Assembly (NCBI GenBank): GCA_964016885.1
Contig: OZ024750.1
Coordinates: forward strand, 44,206,001 to 44,270,000
Origin: Eledone cirrhosa
Lineage: Eukaryota
Length of the DNA stretch: 64,000 bases
Reading direction: 5' to 3'
This document shows positions 1 to 13,810 of the stretch, one piece after another. Within the stretch, counting starts at the first letter, position 1. Every line of letters begins with the position of its first letter. The translations under genes were made by a program, and so were the position numbers. The notes under the pieces are model-generated. The model ran no database searches. It saw nothing but the letters and a program-made list of their open reading frames with translations, and was not told where the DNA came from.

Positions 1-158
1 CGATTACCTGTTAATTAATGGATGAGTTATTGATTTATCGATAATTAATGTGTACATATAGGAATGTTTGTATGTATTCAGCTTTTCTCCGTGATCATCT
101 TACATTTCCACCTTATATTATCTATTCTCGTCTCTCTTTTTATCTCCTATTTTCCCTG

Positions 159-213
<55 letters not shown>

Positions 214-264
214 TGATGGTAGCTAAGATGCTTCGATTCGTTTTCTATTCTATATATATATATA

Positions 265-452
265 ACGAAGGAAATGAGGTAAGGAACCAGGTGGACCATA
301 ACACACCAAAGTACTCAATACTTAGGGTAGTAGAGTGGCTAATAGGAACCAGTAAGACCCCGACGACTGAGCTCAAGCCGTTTCGACGGCTAATTCAGTC
401 CAGAATTAGCCGCCGATACGGCTTGAGCTCAGCCGTCGGGGTCTTACTGGTT

Positions 453-457
<5 letters not shown>
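265..457 (-). mobile_element. Family A (TA)n-inserted palindromic PLE-like element carrying only the 3' half of a hammerhead
   Basis: Flanked by (TA)n. Near-perfect palindrome 342-457 plus a unique tail 265-341. Homologous copies at 1987, 43079, 49836, 54120, 55768 and 61152. Confidence 0.75.
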
Positions 458-494
<37 letters not shown>

Positions 495-532
495 ATATTA
501 ATAAATGGAAACTATATTTATAAAACCATAAT

Positions 533-598
533 TATTTTATTATATATATTTCAAGGGCAACAAAGACAAATTATGGTGCGCTCTCATCAGATAAAATA
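533..598 (-). ncRNA. Type I minimal hammerhead ribozyme motif (family B)
   Basis: Minus strand reads TATTTTAT CTGATGA GAGCGCACCA-loop-TTGTTGCCCTT GAAA TATATA TA ATAAAATA. Stem I is TATTTTAT/ATAAAATA. Confidence 0.75.
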
Positions 599-716
599 CA
601 GATTTGTTTTATAAATAAATATTGACATACCCGGAAAAAAGATAACCTTAACGGTTGAAATTCCCTGGATAGTCTTTTTTCCGGGTATGTCAATATTTAT
701 TTATAAAACAAATCTG

Positions 717-782
717 TATTTTATCTGATGAAAGCGCACCATCATTTGCCTTGGTGGCCCTTGAAATATACATAAAAAAATA
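717..782 (+). ncRNA. Type I minimal hammerhead ribozyme motif (family B)
   Basis: TATTTTAT CTGATGA AAGCGCACCA-loop-TGGTGGCCCTT GAAA TATACA TA AAAAAATA. Confidence 0.75.
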
Positions 783-913
783 ATTATGGTTTTATAAATA
801 TAGTTTCCATTTATTAATATATAGAATATTTACTCCACTAATCAGTTGAGTGCTTTATATCAGTTATAAAAATGTTTAACCTTATTGAATCCCAACAAAT
901 TAAATATAACCTC

Positions 914-969
<56 letters not shown>

Positions 970-1490
970 TAATTCACAGGAATCAAAGTTATGTTCAAAC
1001 CATTTATTAGCTTACAATTGTTTCATCCAAACCGAGGTTTGAAGTCTTCGGACCATTTTTCAATGTTTGTATACATACGTGACCTCCTTTCCAACGCAAG
1101 AGACATACAGATACATATGTATGTATTGATGCACAGTGGGGTGACATCTATTATATTATTTCTGAATGGCAATTTAAATTCAAAAATTAAAATCATATTA
1201 AAACAGAATCAAAGCAAAATTAAAATTAGAATACAACATCGGCAGTTAACGTAGATAATGCAAGATGATAGTTTGTTAGTCAGTTATAGTAGTTATTGTA
1301 TGCATTAGTTACACGTGGAGCATGCACGTGTGTCTTGTTTATATATGATTATTGTGCGGCAGGTTGTTATATGCAATACAAGCACTTTAAGCGGGTAATC
1401 AAGAGTATTATGGAGGTTGAAGTGGTAAGGTATTTTCTGTGTATGTTAAAGAAGCTTGTGTGCAGAGAAATAGTATAAATGAGAAGCAAA

Positions 1491-1678
1491 ATAATTGTTT
1501 CTACTTTAGGCACAAGGCCAGCAATTACCTAGTGCATTACTGGTACTTTATCTTATCGACCCTGTAAGGATGAAAGGCAAAGTCAACCTCGGCGGGATTT
1601 GAACTCAGATTGTAAAGGGACGTAACTATGCTGGAAAGCATGACGTCCGACCCTCCATCGATACTGCCAATCCACCGC
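1491..1678 (-). mobile_element. tRNA-derived SINE (short octopus-type family)
   Basis: Minus strand has an A-box-like TGGCAGTATCG, a B-box GAGTTCAAATCC, the central GCCTTTCATCCTT..GGGTCGATAA..AAGTACCAG domain and an AATTATT tail. Many copies in the window. Confidence 0.85.
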
Positions 1679-1695
1679 AAAATAATGTTATGGTT

Positions 1696-1770
1696 TTTGT
1701 ATACACCACCATTTTCACAATTGTGAAAATGGTGGTGTATACAAATTGTGAAAATGGTGGTGTATACAAA
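1696..1770. repeat. Perfect 50-bp palindrome followed by a direct repeat of one 25-bp arm
   Basis: TTTGTATACACCACCATTTTCACAA|TTGTGAAAATGGTGGTGTATACAAA, then TTGTGAAAATGGTGGTGTATACAAA again. Confidence 0.9.
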
Positions 1771-1986
1771 TTGTAAGCTAATAAATGTTGAGTTTTTCTT
1801 CAGATCTTCGCTCGTAGAGTGGGATTGGCTCAGTGCACATTCTTTCCTCACTTTAAAAAAAAATCTTCACGCACAGGCATTGCACGATAGCATTAATTGA
1901 TAATTATTAATAATGTTATATAGTGCAATGGCCATACTCGATAACGAGGGTGGCAGCCATTATATATATATATATATATATATATA

Positions 1987-2165
1987 ACGAAGGAGGTGTG
2001 GTCAGGAACCAGATGGACCAGAACGCAGCAGAGTACTCAATACTCAGGGTAGCAGAGTGGGTAATAGGAAAATGTTTAACCCCGACGGCAGAAATAGCCC
2101 TCGTGGTCCAGAAATAGCCCTCGAAACGGCTTGAGCTCTGCCGTCGGGGTTAAACATTTTCCTAT
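1987..2165 (-). mobile_element. Family A element (subfamily A2, internal deletion in one arm)
   Basis: Same tail (ACGAAGGAGGTGTGG...GAGTACTCAATAC). GAAACGGCTTGAGCTCTGCCGTCGGGG arm. (TA)n flank. Confidence 0.75.
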
Positions 2166-2616
2166 ATCTATATGTATATATGTGTGTGTGTGTATGTGTG
2201 TGCGTGTGTGTGTGTATATATATATATTCCATTTTACTACTTGGAGACGGAGACTGAAGCCGCACTATACAATCACCATTGTTGGTCCACTTTCAATAGC
2301 CGTCTTTACGCTTTATATTATAGATTAAGCGCAAAGGTTGCTTTTCGTTCTGTTTTTTTTTTTGTTTTTTGCTTTGTTTTGTAGAAACGTGTGTTAGAAG
2401 GAAAAGCGATTAAAATTCTTACCTTTGTTATTTCTTTATTACATTAGTAATCATTTGTTCTGTAGCCCTACATTCACACTGCTTTTGAATTTACTTACAC
2501 GAACATTCTTAACTATTTTTACGGACGGGACTAGTGTTGTGAAGAATACACACACACACACACACGTGCACACACATACACACACACAATACACACACAC
2601 ACATATATATATAAAT

Positions 2617-2680
<64 letters not shown>

Positions 2681-3026
2681 TATATATTTTATAGCTACAC
2701 TACATTGCATAAGATAGAGGGAGAAGGGGAGAGGGAGAAGGGGAGAGAGAGAGTGAGAGAGTGTGAATGAGTAAGATCGTGTTTGAAAGTTAAATATATA
2801 TATATATATATACGTGTGTGTGTGTGTGTGTGTGTATAGAGCTTTATGCAAATATTTTAAACGCATAAAAAATTAGAATAATCGTAAATCAATAAACTAT
2901 AGTGAAATAGACATAAATAATTTTAAGAAGAAATAATAAGATATTTGAGTGAATCGTGTTTAAAGTTTCATTATTTATGTTTATAGATTTTATTCACTTT
3001 CTTCAAATCATATATTTTTTCTCAAT

Positions 3027-4165
3027 ATTTCCCTATAATATATACTTCATACTATGTTTATATCATTTCCATATAATATATACTTTATACTATGTTTATA
3101 TCATTTCCATATAATATATACTTCATACTATGTTTATATTATTTCCCTATAATATATACTTCATACTATGTTTATATCATTTCCTTATAATATATACTTT
3201 ATACTATGTTTATATTATTTCCCTATAATATATACTTCATACTATGTTTATATCATTTCCCTATAATATATACTTCATACTATGTTTATATCATTTCCCT
3301 ATAATATATATTTTATACTATGTTTATATCATTTCCCTATAATATATACTTTATACTATGTTTATATTATTTCCCTATAATATATATTTTATACTATGTT
3401 TATATCATTTCCCTATAATATATATTTTATACTGTTTATATCATTTCCTTATAATATATACTTTATAATATGTATATATTATTTCACTATAATATATATT
3501 TTATACTATGTTTATATTATTTCCCTATAATATATATTTTATACTATGTTTATATTATTTCCCTATAATATATACTTCATACTATGTTTATATTATTTCC
3601 CTATAATATATATTTTATACTATGTTTATATTATTTCCCTATAATATATACTTCATACTATGTTTATATTATTTCCCTATAATATATACTTCATACTATG
3701 TTTATATCATTTCCTTATAATATATACTTCATACTATGTTTATATCATTTCCCTATAATATATACTTCATACTATGTTTATATCATTTCCTTATAATATA
3801 TACTTCATACTATGTTTATATCATTTCCCTATAATATATACTTCATACTATGTTTATATCATTTCCTTATAATATATACTTTATACTATGTATATATTAT
3901 TTCCCTATAATATATATTTTATACTATGTTTATATCATTTCCCTATAATATATACTTTATACTATGTTTATATCATTTCCCTATAATATATACGTTATAC
4001 TATGTTTATATCATTTCCCTATAATATATACATTATACTATGTTTATATTATTTCCCTATAACATATACTTCATACTATGTTTATATTATTTCCCTATAA
4101 TATATACTTTATACTATGTTTATATCATTTCCCTTACTTTATACTATGTTTATATCATTTCCTTA
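3027..4165. repeat. AT-rich 38-bp minisatellite, about 30 copies
   Basis: Unit ATTTCCCTATAATATATACTTCATACTATGTTTATATC with point variants and no spacers. Confidence 0.95.
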
Positions 4166-4650
4166 CAGCGCGAGCATTTTTTATGTTCCTAAAATTAGTT
4201 GTATTATGCCCAATTAGTTATCGCATGATAATCGGCAGCTCGACGGACTCTCTTAAAATGCTATAAGAAAATGAAATACATGCTATGTGGTAAAGTCAGA
4301 GTTTCAAGAGTTTGACAAAATGAGTTGTTTTGATTGGTGGGAAGGATCAAGGCGATGTACTGGCCTGTAGTGTATATGGGGGTGGGTGTGATGGTGAGAT
4401 GTTGGTGACGGTCTGTGGATGAGGTGGGCTGTGGTGTGGTGGTGGTGGGTTGGCCTTGGCGTGTAGAGTATGTGTGGTGGATGTGATGATATGGTGGTGG
4501 TTAAGGTTATTTAGTGGGATGGGCTGTGGTATGAGGTTAGGGGATTGTCAGTAGACGGGTTGAGGTGTGGGTGGGGGTGTGGTAGTGGTGCCGTTGTCTA
4601 TGGTAGCGGCGTTTGTGGTGGTGTGGTGGATGTATTGGTGGCGTCAAGGT

Positions 4651-4681
<31 letters not shown>

Positions 4682-4820
4682 CCATAATTAGGTTTAATCT
4701 ATACAGTATGTTACTCAACGAAGAGAGCTCAATGTATATTAAACTCAGACTCAGAGCATAATTGTTTTACAAACTGAAATGATAAACACTAAACATCTTT
4801 TTCATTTATCATGTTGAGAA

Positions 4821-4823
4821 ACG

Positions 4824-4854
<31 letters not shown>

Positions 4855-6830
4855 CGACGACGACGACGACGACATCAGCAACAACAACAACAACAGCAAC
4901 AACAACGACAACAACTGCTGTAAATAATACTTTTTGAAGAAGTGTGCAGAGAAATTTAATACGTTGATACCTAGAGGAGAAGAAGAAGAAGAAGAAGAAG
5001 AAGAAGAAGAAGAAGAAGAAGAAGAAGAAGAAGAAGAAGAAGAAGAAGAAGAAGAAGAAAAAGAAGAAAAATGAAAAACAAGATGAATAATAGCAATAAC
5101 AAGAACACTAACAACACCCTCCAGCCCTCAAAACTCCTTATTACAGATCTCCCTGTGAAGTGGGATTGAACCTGTATTGTAGCAACTATTATCTTTACTA
5201 ACGGTAATCCCGCTGAGGTTAACTTTGCCTTTCATCCTTACGGGGTCGATAAATAAAGTACCAGTAATACACTGCGTAATTGCTGGCCTTGTGCCTAACG
5301 TAGAAACAATTATCTTTACTAACAGTAGAAATATTAGAGACACAACTAATGGTTTGTTGGAGTCTACAGATTGTTGTTGTTATGGTTGTTGTTGTTATGT
5401 TTATTGTTGTTATGGCTGTTGTTGTTGTTGTTATGGTTGTTGTTGTTGTTGTGGTTGTTGTGGTTGTTGTTGCTGTTGTTGTGGTTGTGGTTGTGGTTGT
5501 TGTTGTTGTTGTGTTGTGGTTGTGGTTGTTGTGGTTATGGTTGTTGTTGTTATGTTTGTTGTTGTTATGGCTGTTGTTGTTGTTGTCATGGTTGTTGTTG
5601 TTGTGGTTGTTGTGGTTGTTGTAGTTGTTGTCGCTGTTGTTGTGGTTGTGGTTGTTGTTGTTGTTGTTGTTATTGTGGTTGTGGTTGTTGTTGTTATGGT
5701 TGTTGTTGTTATGTTTGTTGTTGTTATGGCTGTTGTTGTTGTTGTTGTGGTTGTTGTGGTTGTTGTTGTTGTTGTTGTGGTTGTGGTTGTTGTTGTGGTT
5801 GTTGTTGTGATCGTGGTTATGCCGCTTTCATTTGTGTTTATCATACCCAGTAGCATCCTCTATATCGCCTCCTCTTCTTCATCACCATCATCATCACCAT
5901 CCGCCTGACGATCGACATCATCATCATCATCATCATCATCCTCATCGGCATCATCACTTTAGTCCTCATCGTTATAATTACAATCATCCTTATAAACACC
6001 AAGATGATGATGAATATGATGATGATGGTGATGATGATGAATATGATGATGGTGATGATGATGAATTTGATGATGGTGATGATAATGATGATGAAGATGA
6101 GGAGGGGGAGGGGTGATGATTTTTTTAATATTTTTTTTTATTTCGGCGATAATGAAATTGATTTTGATAAGGATAATATGATAATGACGTTGGTAAAATG
6201 ACATAGACGTCGATGATGATGATGATGATGACGACGATGATGATGATGATGATGATGACGATGATGATGATGCGGATAGTGAAGATGATGATGGATAGGA
6301 AAGAGGATGGTGATGATCACCATCACTACCACCGCAACTAAAATCAGCGCCACGTGTATCACCGGCGCCAACACCACCACACCATACCATCAACATCACC
6401 ACCACCACCACCACCACCACCATCACCACCATCACCACGACCACCAACACCACCACCACCACCTCCACTACCGCCAACACTACCACCACCACCACCACCA
6501 CCATCACCAAAACCAACACCACCACCACCACCACCACCAACACCACCTCCACTGCCGCCACCACCACCACCACTACCAACACCAACGCAACCACCTCCAC
6601 TACCGCCACCGCCACCACCACCGCCACCACCACCACCAACACCACCTCCACTACCGCCGCCGCCGCCACCACCACCACCATCACCAACACCACCACCACC
6701 ACCACCACCACCATCACCACCGACACCACCACCACCACCACCTTCACCACCACCACCAACACCACCAAAACCACCACCGGCGCCACCACCAACACCCACA
6801 CCATCAATAACAACAACAACACTAGTCACA
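4821..6830. repeat. Trinucleotide microsatellite/low-complexity block: (CAA)n, (GAA)n, (GTT)n, (GAT)n, (CCA)n
   Basis: Directly visible. A partial SINE lies at ~5207-5312. Confidence 0.9.
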
Positions 6831-7130
6831 TTCTAAGGTGTATTATATATATATATCTTTCCATCATACTGTGGTATGTTGTATGGTGTTTGTTTATATT
6901 TTAACTGGTACATTGACGCCATTCAACGAGGTGTCATATATTCATCAACGACATTAAATACACTGCAGGCTATATATATTTAGATTTCCAAAAACAAATA
7001 GCTAACATATTGGACAAACCAGTTTAAACCTATAACACTCACACACTCAGACATGCTGTGTATGTATATATCCTTTGCATATACGGTACCGATTGTGTTG
7101 TTATTTCTGTTTACCTTTTACATACCTATA

Positions 7131-7163
<33 letters not shown>

Positions 7164-7205
7164 GTGTGTGTGTGTATGAATATATTTACATATATATATG
7201 TATAT

Positions 7206-7238
<33 letters not shown>

Positions 7239-7248
7239 AATGAAAATG

Positions 7249-7285
<37 letters not shown>

Positions 7286-7570
7286 GCATATGGATGTGCG
7301 TCGTATAATTATGCACACACACGGACACACACACACACACACAGACAGATATTTATATATATATACGTACATACACACACACGCACGCACACACACACAC
7401 ACACACACATATATATAAATAAATAAATAAATAAATATATATATATATACAAATATATATATATATACAAATTTATATATATGAATATAAACATATATAA
7501 ACACACACACATATATATATATTTGTATTATATATATTATATATATACATATTTTATATATATATATATC

Positions 7571-7656
<86 letters not shown>

Positions 7657-7704
7657 CATCTCTCGTAATTACATCTCCTCTCCTCTATGATGTTTTAACT
7701 CTTC

Positions 7705-7792
<88 letters not shown>

Positions 7793-7975
7793 CTATGTGT
7801 GTGTCTGTATGTGTACGTGTGTGTGTTTGTTTTCTTGTTTTTCTCATGGTCCGTATGTACTCATTTACGTATAAACATTTCATTAAACAACCACATAGAG
7901 AAATCACCATAACTTTATATATTTATAAGTATATACATATACCTATGTGTATATATACATGCACACACATACTAC

Positions 7976-8012
<37 letters not shown>

Positions 8013-9090
8013 TTCGTTGTATTTTTCTGTTGTTCTTGTTCCCTTAATCAATATACACCCTCTCCACCTCCACATACATACATACATACATACAAACATG
8101 CATACATGCATACATACATACATATATACATGCATACATACATAATACATATATACATGCATACATACATACATACACACATGCATACATACATACATAA
8201 TTATGCCCACACAGATACATGTATACATACATACAAACATACATACATATATACTTACATTCATAGATACATACACACTCACATACTTACAGACATATAT
8301 ACATTCATACATACAGACATATATACATACTTACATGCATACATACATACATACTTACATACATACATATATACATACATACAGACATGTATACATACAT
8401 ACATACATACATACATACATACCTACATACATACATACATACATACATACATACATACATACATACATACATACATACATACATACATACATACATACGA
8501 ATACATTTACATATACTAAACATTTATGTATATACATTCATATATACATACATAGATGCATATATGCACATACACATTCTCTCTCTCTAGTTCGCCACCG
8601 CCTCCACCACCACCACCACCACCACCACCATCACCACCACCAGCAACAACACCACCACAACACCAACACCACCAACACCGACACCACCACCAACACAACC
8701 ACCGCCACTATCACCATCCCCACCACCAACAGCACCAATACCGACAACACAACCAACACAACCACCATCACCATCACCATCGCCAACAGCACCACCAGCA
8801 CCACCACGACCACCACCAAAACCACCACCACCACCACCACCACCACCACCACCAAAGAGCATTAACTACAATAACAACACCATCAGCACCACCACCACCA
8901 ACACCACCACCATCACTACCACCACCACCAAAGAACGTTAACTACAATAACAACAACACCATCAGCACCACCACCGTCATCACCACCACCGCCACCAGCA
9001 TCACCACCACCGAAGAAGAAGAAGAAGAAGAAGAAGAAGAAGAAGAAGAAGAAGAAGAAGAAGAAGAAGAAGAAGAAGAAGAAGAAGAAG

Positions 9091-9124
<34 letters not shown>

Positions 9125-9624
9125 CCAACAACAACGACGACGACTACGACAAGAACAGATTCCTTAAATCGTCTGCTATCGTTCAGTGTTCACTCCACCA
9201 CCACCGTCATCACCACCACCGCCACCAGCATCACAACCACCAAAGAACAACAACAGCAACAACAACAACAACAACAACAACAACAGCAAGAACAAGAACA
9301 ACAATGACAACTACGACGACTACGACAAGAACAGATTCCTTAAATCGTCTGCTATCGTTCAGTGTTCACTCCATCACACGACCACACAGCCTTAGATATA
9401 ATATATACCCGATTGTCGCCAATTAATTGTACATTGGCAGATAGAATTATGTGATATTTAAGAAACGTGTCTCTGCGTTAGATAAAAGATTGGACTTAGA
9501 TGGTGCAAAGATAAGACCGCACACTGGCAGTGACGTCACCACTATGTCCTCCTTGCCAGATCTCGTCCGATATTTCCCATCATTGTATCATTGTATCATT
9601 GTAGCCAAACAAATGTTATGTATA

Positions 9625-9669
<45 letters not shown>

Positions 9670-9696
9670 ATGTGTATATGTATATATATATGTATT

Positions 9697-9727
<31 letters not shown>

Positions 9728-9764
9728 GTATGTATATGTATATGTATATATATATATATGTATG

Positions 9765-9848
<84 letters not shown>

Positions 9849-9992
9849 TATATGTGTATATGTATTTATATATGTATTTATATATATATATGTATATATA
9901 TATATGTATATGTGTATATGTATATATGTATATGTGTATATGTATATATGTATGTATATATATATATATAGATGTGTATATGTATATATATG

Positions 9993-10049
<57 letters not shown>

Positions 10050-10054
10050 GTATA

Positions 10055-10103
<49 letters not shown>

Positions 10104-10169
10104 ATATTTATATATATATATATATATACATATATATACATATATACATATATATATATATATACAGGC

Positions 10170-10222
<53 letters not shown>

Positions 10223-10539
10223 AGTATGTGTGCTTTTTATGTTTGCTAACATGCTTATTATTAATATCTCTATGAATTTCAATGAAAACAGTTATGAAAT
10301 TTTTATATCAGAATTCACGAAACGAATATGGAGTGTGTTATAAAACTCATTACGAGATTTACAGATGTGTGTATACACTTGTGTGTACGTGTGTATGTAC
10401 ATCTGTTGTGTTAGAGAATGTGTCCGCATGTGTGTATATGTGACACAGTGTATGTGTGTCTGCTGTGCGCAAGCATTTGCGTAAATTCAATTGAAACAGT
10501 TCCTTTAAAACTTACATATAATTGTACTACGTAATTGTG

Positions 10540-10573
<34 letters not shown>

Positions 10574-10581
10574 GTATACAA

Positions 10582-10642
<61 letters not shown>

Positions 10643-10643
10643 A

Positions 10644-10674
<31 letters not shown>

Positions 10675-10790
10675 TATATATATGTATAGACATACATACA
10701 TATATATACATATGCATATATATATACAATATATACATGCATATATACTTAGATATACATATATATATATATACAATAATCTGTTATCCC

Positions 10791-10824
<34 letters not shown>

Positions 10825-10832
10825 GTATACAA

Positions 10833-10910
<78 letters not shown>

Positions 10911-10997
10911 TCGTATACGTGTATATATATATAGACATACATACATATATATATATATATGCATATATATACATACATATATACATACACACACACA

Positions 10998-11120
<123 letters not shown>

Positions 11121-11599
11121 TTATATATTCATCTCTATATGTAAATGTTTATAGAAATTCCTAATAAATCTTCTATCTGCTACTTCACTAATCTTCCCAG
11201 CTCCTCTCAGTCACCAGCCAGTCTCTCATCTCTCCCAAACTAATCAGGCTATGAAACAATTTAATGGATCTCTCTATCTATGTATATCTCCTTATCTTCT
11301 TATTATCAGTAAAAACACTTCTCCTTAGTCCGTTTTCAACATGTTACCTAGTTATCAATCTATCTCTACCTACACACACATATACACATATATGTGTGTA
11401 TATATAGATATATATATCTATGTGTGTGAGTGCGTGTGTGTATTTGTGTGTGTAAGTGTATGTGTTTATGCATGTATGTATCATTACGCCTTATCTTTCT
11501 GTCATATAACTACATGCATTTGTAAACAATATATTTGGGTCTATATATTAGTTGCATTCTCTGTAAAAAGCATATATTCTTACATAGATACAAGATGGC

Positions 11600-12080
11600 T
11601 GCAATTCGATTTCGAGTAATGTCATCGCTTAATACTGGGACGTAGGTTTTTAGTCCTGCTAGGGACCTGCCTATAGCCAGCAATACCATGCACCGCAAAA
11701 TATGTCACATACCAAAAGATGCCTATGATTGAAGCTTTTTAAAGTGAGGAAAGGTTTTGCATGGGGCCAATCGCACTCTCTGAATTTATGCATTTACCCA
11801 AGAAGAAGAAATGGTCTACAACATTGGATATAAATGAAATCGCAGGTTTTATATCAGAGAGACCTTCTCCTAGAGAGATGCTTTAGTGAAGGTTAGGGGT
11901 CTTTCATTCCATTTCCTCCTAAAAGAAAAAAATTATTGGATGGCCGTTAATTCTTCTGAGTTCCTTCGTGTTTTGTTTTACATCCCTCTGTGTGCCCCAA
12001 ATCCCGCTCAAGACCACGCAACCTTGGTAGGTTATCCGGGTTAGTCGACGGCAATCAGACCATGTATAGGTTTTACTGGG
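11600..12080 (-). mobile_element. Probable 5' region of an RTE-like LINE (homologous to 61633-62100)
   Basis: Shares TTTCGAGTA, GAAGCTTTT.A.AGTGAG, CCTTCTCCTAG and GATGGCC.TT.A.TCTT blocks with 61633-62100. CTAGGAGAAGG on the minus strand resembles RTE 5' regions as I recall them. Confidence 0.4.
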
Positions 12081-12252
12081 TTACATGTTACATACATACA
12101 TACATACATGTACACACATGCACACACAGACACACACACACATATATATATATATATTAATAAGAAATTTGAAGACTAAAATCCAAAGAGGGCTCGATAA
12201 GGATAAATATATATCGAATATATAAGAACCGTAGAGCAAATATTTTATTTTA

Positions 12253-12303
<51 letters not shown>

Positions 12304-12307
<4 letters not shown>

Positions 12308-12597
12308 AAAGTTCTATTTAAATTGTTGGAATACAACAAGCAAATATTTTTATAACTGATATAAAGCACTCGACAAGTATTTGGAGTAGATATACTATAT
12401 TAACAAATGGAAACTATATTTATAAAACCATATTTATTTCATTATACATATTTCATTATACATATTTCAAGGATACCAAGTTAAATTATGGTATGCCTTC
12501 ATCAGACAAAATACAATATATACCAGTTTTATAAATAAACATACCCTTGACGTACCCTTTCAAAATGCAACCGTTACTTTTGGAAGACACCGGGATA

Positions 12598-12599
<2 letters not shown>
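12304..12599 (-). mobile_element. Family B (subfamily B2) complete uninverted ~295-nt unit between (TA)n tracts
   Basis: Minus strand runs ACTATCC...HHR...TCGAGTGCTT...TTTTGCA with (TA)n on both sides. Confidence 0.8.
12449..12513 (-). ncRNA. Type I minimal hammerhead ribozyme motif (family B2)
   Basis: TATTTTGT CTGATGA AGGCATACCA-loop-TGGTATCCTT GAAA TATGTA TA ATGAAATA. Stem II sequence differs from B1 but still pairs. Confidence 0.78.
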
Positions 12600-12644
<45 letters not shown>

Positions 12645-13045
12645 TACATATATATACATATATATATATACATCTTATATATTCGATATATATATATACA
12701 TAGATATAGATATAAATAGGTAGATAGAGACAGATAGACAGATAGATAGATAGATAGATAACTGTTTTTTTTTTTACATTTATTGTTCGAAGATAGATGT
12801 ATAGGTAGGTAGCTATGCTGCTGCTGTTTGACCACCGAAAATGTTGTGTACTCTGTGTGAGAAAGAAGGTGGGGAGGAAGATACCAAATTACCAATTCCC
12901 TGTGAAAGTTAACACAGATTGGTTATCTATTGAAATATATATATTTTTAAGGAACGATCGACTTTCCTCAAATCGGACCGAGGGAACAATGTTTCCGTTG
13001 GTCTTTCCAATTGCTAATACTATCTATCGGTTGCAACTCCAGGTA

Positions 13046-13170
13046 GAAGGAGCAACGTGAAATAAAGTGTCTTGCTCAAGGACATAACGCATAGCCTGGT
13101 CCAGGAATCGAACTCACAACCTTACGATTGCGAATCCAATTCCCTAACCACTCCGCCACACGCCTTCACA
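13046..13170 (-). mobile_element. 5' part of a second (long) tRNA-derived SINE family
   Basis: Minus strand: GGCGTGTGGCGGAGTGGTTAGG (A box)...GAGTTCGATTCC (B box)...TTGAGCAAGACACTTTATTTCAC. Confidence 0.75.
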
Positions 13171-13329
13171 TATATATATATATATACTTCTCTCTTCTTT
13201 CCGATGGGGCGGATGGGAAAAACAGAGGTGATGGCAATGGGAGTTTGGTTCCTCTGTGTTCGGACTTGGTGTATATGTGTTATTGGTGACATTATTCATA
13301 TCTCCACAGTATTACTTCAACATTATTAA

Positions 13330-13522
13330 GGGCGATGGACTGGCTGTATCGGTAAGGGTCTGACGCCATGCTTTGCAAGCAAAGAGTTACGGCCCTTTAT
13401 GATCTGAGTTCAAATCCCGCCGAGGTTAACTTTACCTTTCATCCTAACGCGGTCGATAAAATAAAGTACCAGTAATGTACTGGTTAATTGCTGGCCTTGT
13501 GCCAAAAGTAATAACAATTATT
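13330..13522 (+). mobile_element. tRNA-derived SINE (short family)
   Basis: A/B boxes, GTCGATAAAATAAAGTACCAG domain, GGCCTTGTGCCAAAAGTA 3' end. Confidence 0.85.
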
Positions 13523-13773
13523 TCAACATTATTTTCCTACCACGCCACTAAACCACTTCCTGACCAATCTCCCAGAAATTCTCCATTATTTTTCAAAACA
13601 TTTGCACACTCACTCTCCTTCTGCTTCTCTAACTCACACACTTTGTCCTACGTCCTTTCTTTCTTTCCCTCTCTGCATGTACATATGTGTGAGTTTGTGA
13701 GCACGTGTACATATACATATATATATATATCCATATGCATACACATACACATATATTTATATTTATATTTATA

Positions 13774-13810
<37 letters not shown>

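Larger units (their letters stand above)
491..917 (+). mobile_element. Family B PLE-like element: inverted HHR segment + direct HHR segment + 3' tail
   Basis: Inverted arms ~492-641 and ~673-822. Tail ends CTCTGCA then (TA)n. Homologues at 12304, 29657, 39015 and 43593. Confidence 0.8.

Noticed and set aside
342-457. pre-miRNA interpretation of family A hairpins
   Set aside because: They are multicopy TA-flanked mobile inserts, no known mature miRNA was recognised, and small-RNA data would be needed.
48-614. Recurring peptide [22 protein letters not shown] in several ORFs
   Set aside because: It is the antisense translation of the non-coding family A tail, not a protein domain.
717-782. C/D-box snoRNA reading of CTGATGA/TGATGA motifs
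   Set aside because: Motifs are followed by a hairpin, GAAA and a closing helix in hammerhead order, and they sit in multicopy inserts rather than box C...box D units.
342-822. Palindromes as assembly or chimeric-read artefacts
   Set aside because: Arms differ by substitutions, and the same layout recurs in several independent diverged copies with constant boundaries.
3027-4165. CRISPR-like 38-bp repeat array
   Set aside because: Units are contiguous with no unique spacers, there are no cas genes, and the context is eukaryotic.
6354-6836. Pro-rich and His-rich ORFs
   Set aside because: (CCA)n low complexity with no splice or domain evidence.
9149-9373. 49-bp duplicated unique sequence and a nearby TGACGTCA (CRE) site at 9531
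   Set aside because: Local slippage duplication within trinucleotide repeats; a single 8-mer is not evidence of a promoter.
13090-13170. tRNA gene
   Set aside because: A/B boxes continue into a SINE body and no convincing cloverleaf is present. The same applies to the other SINE heads.
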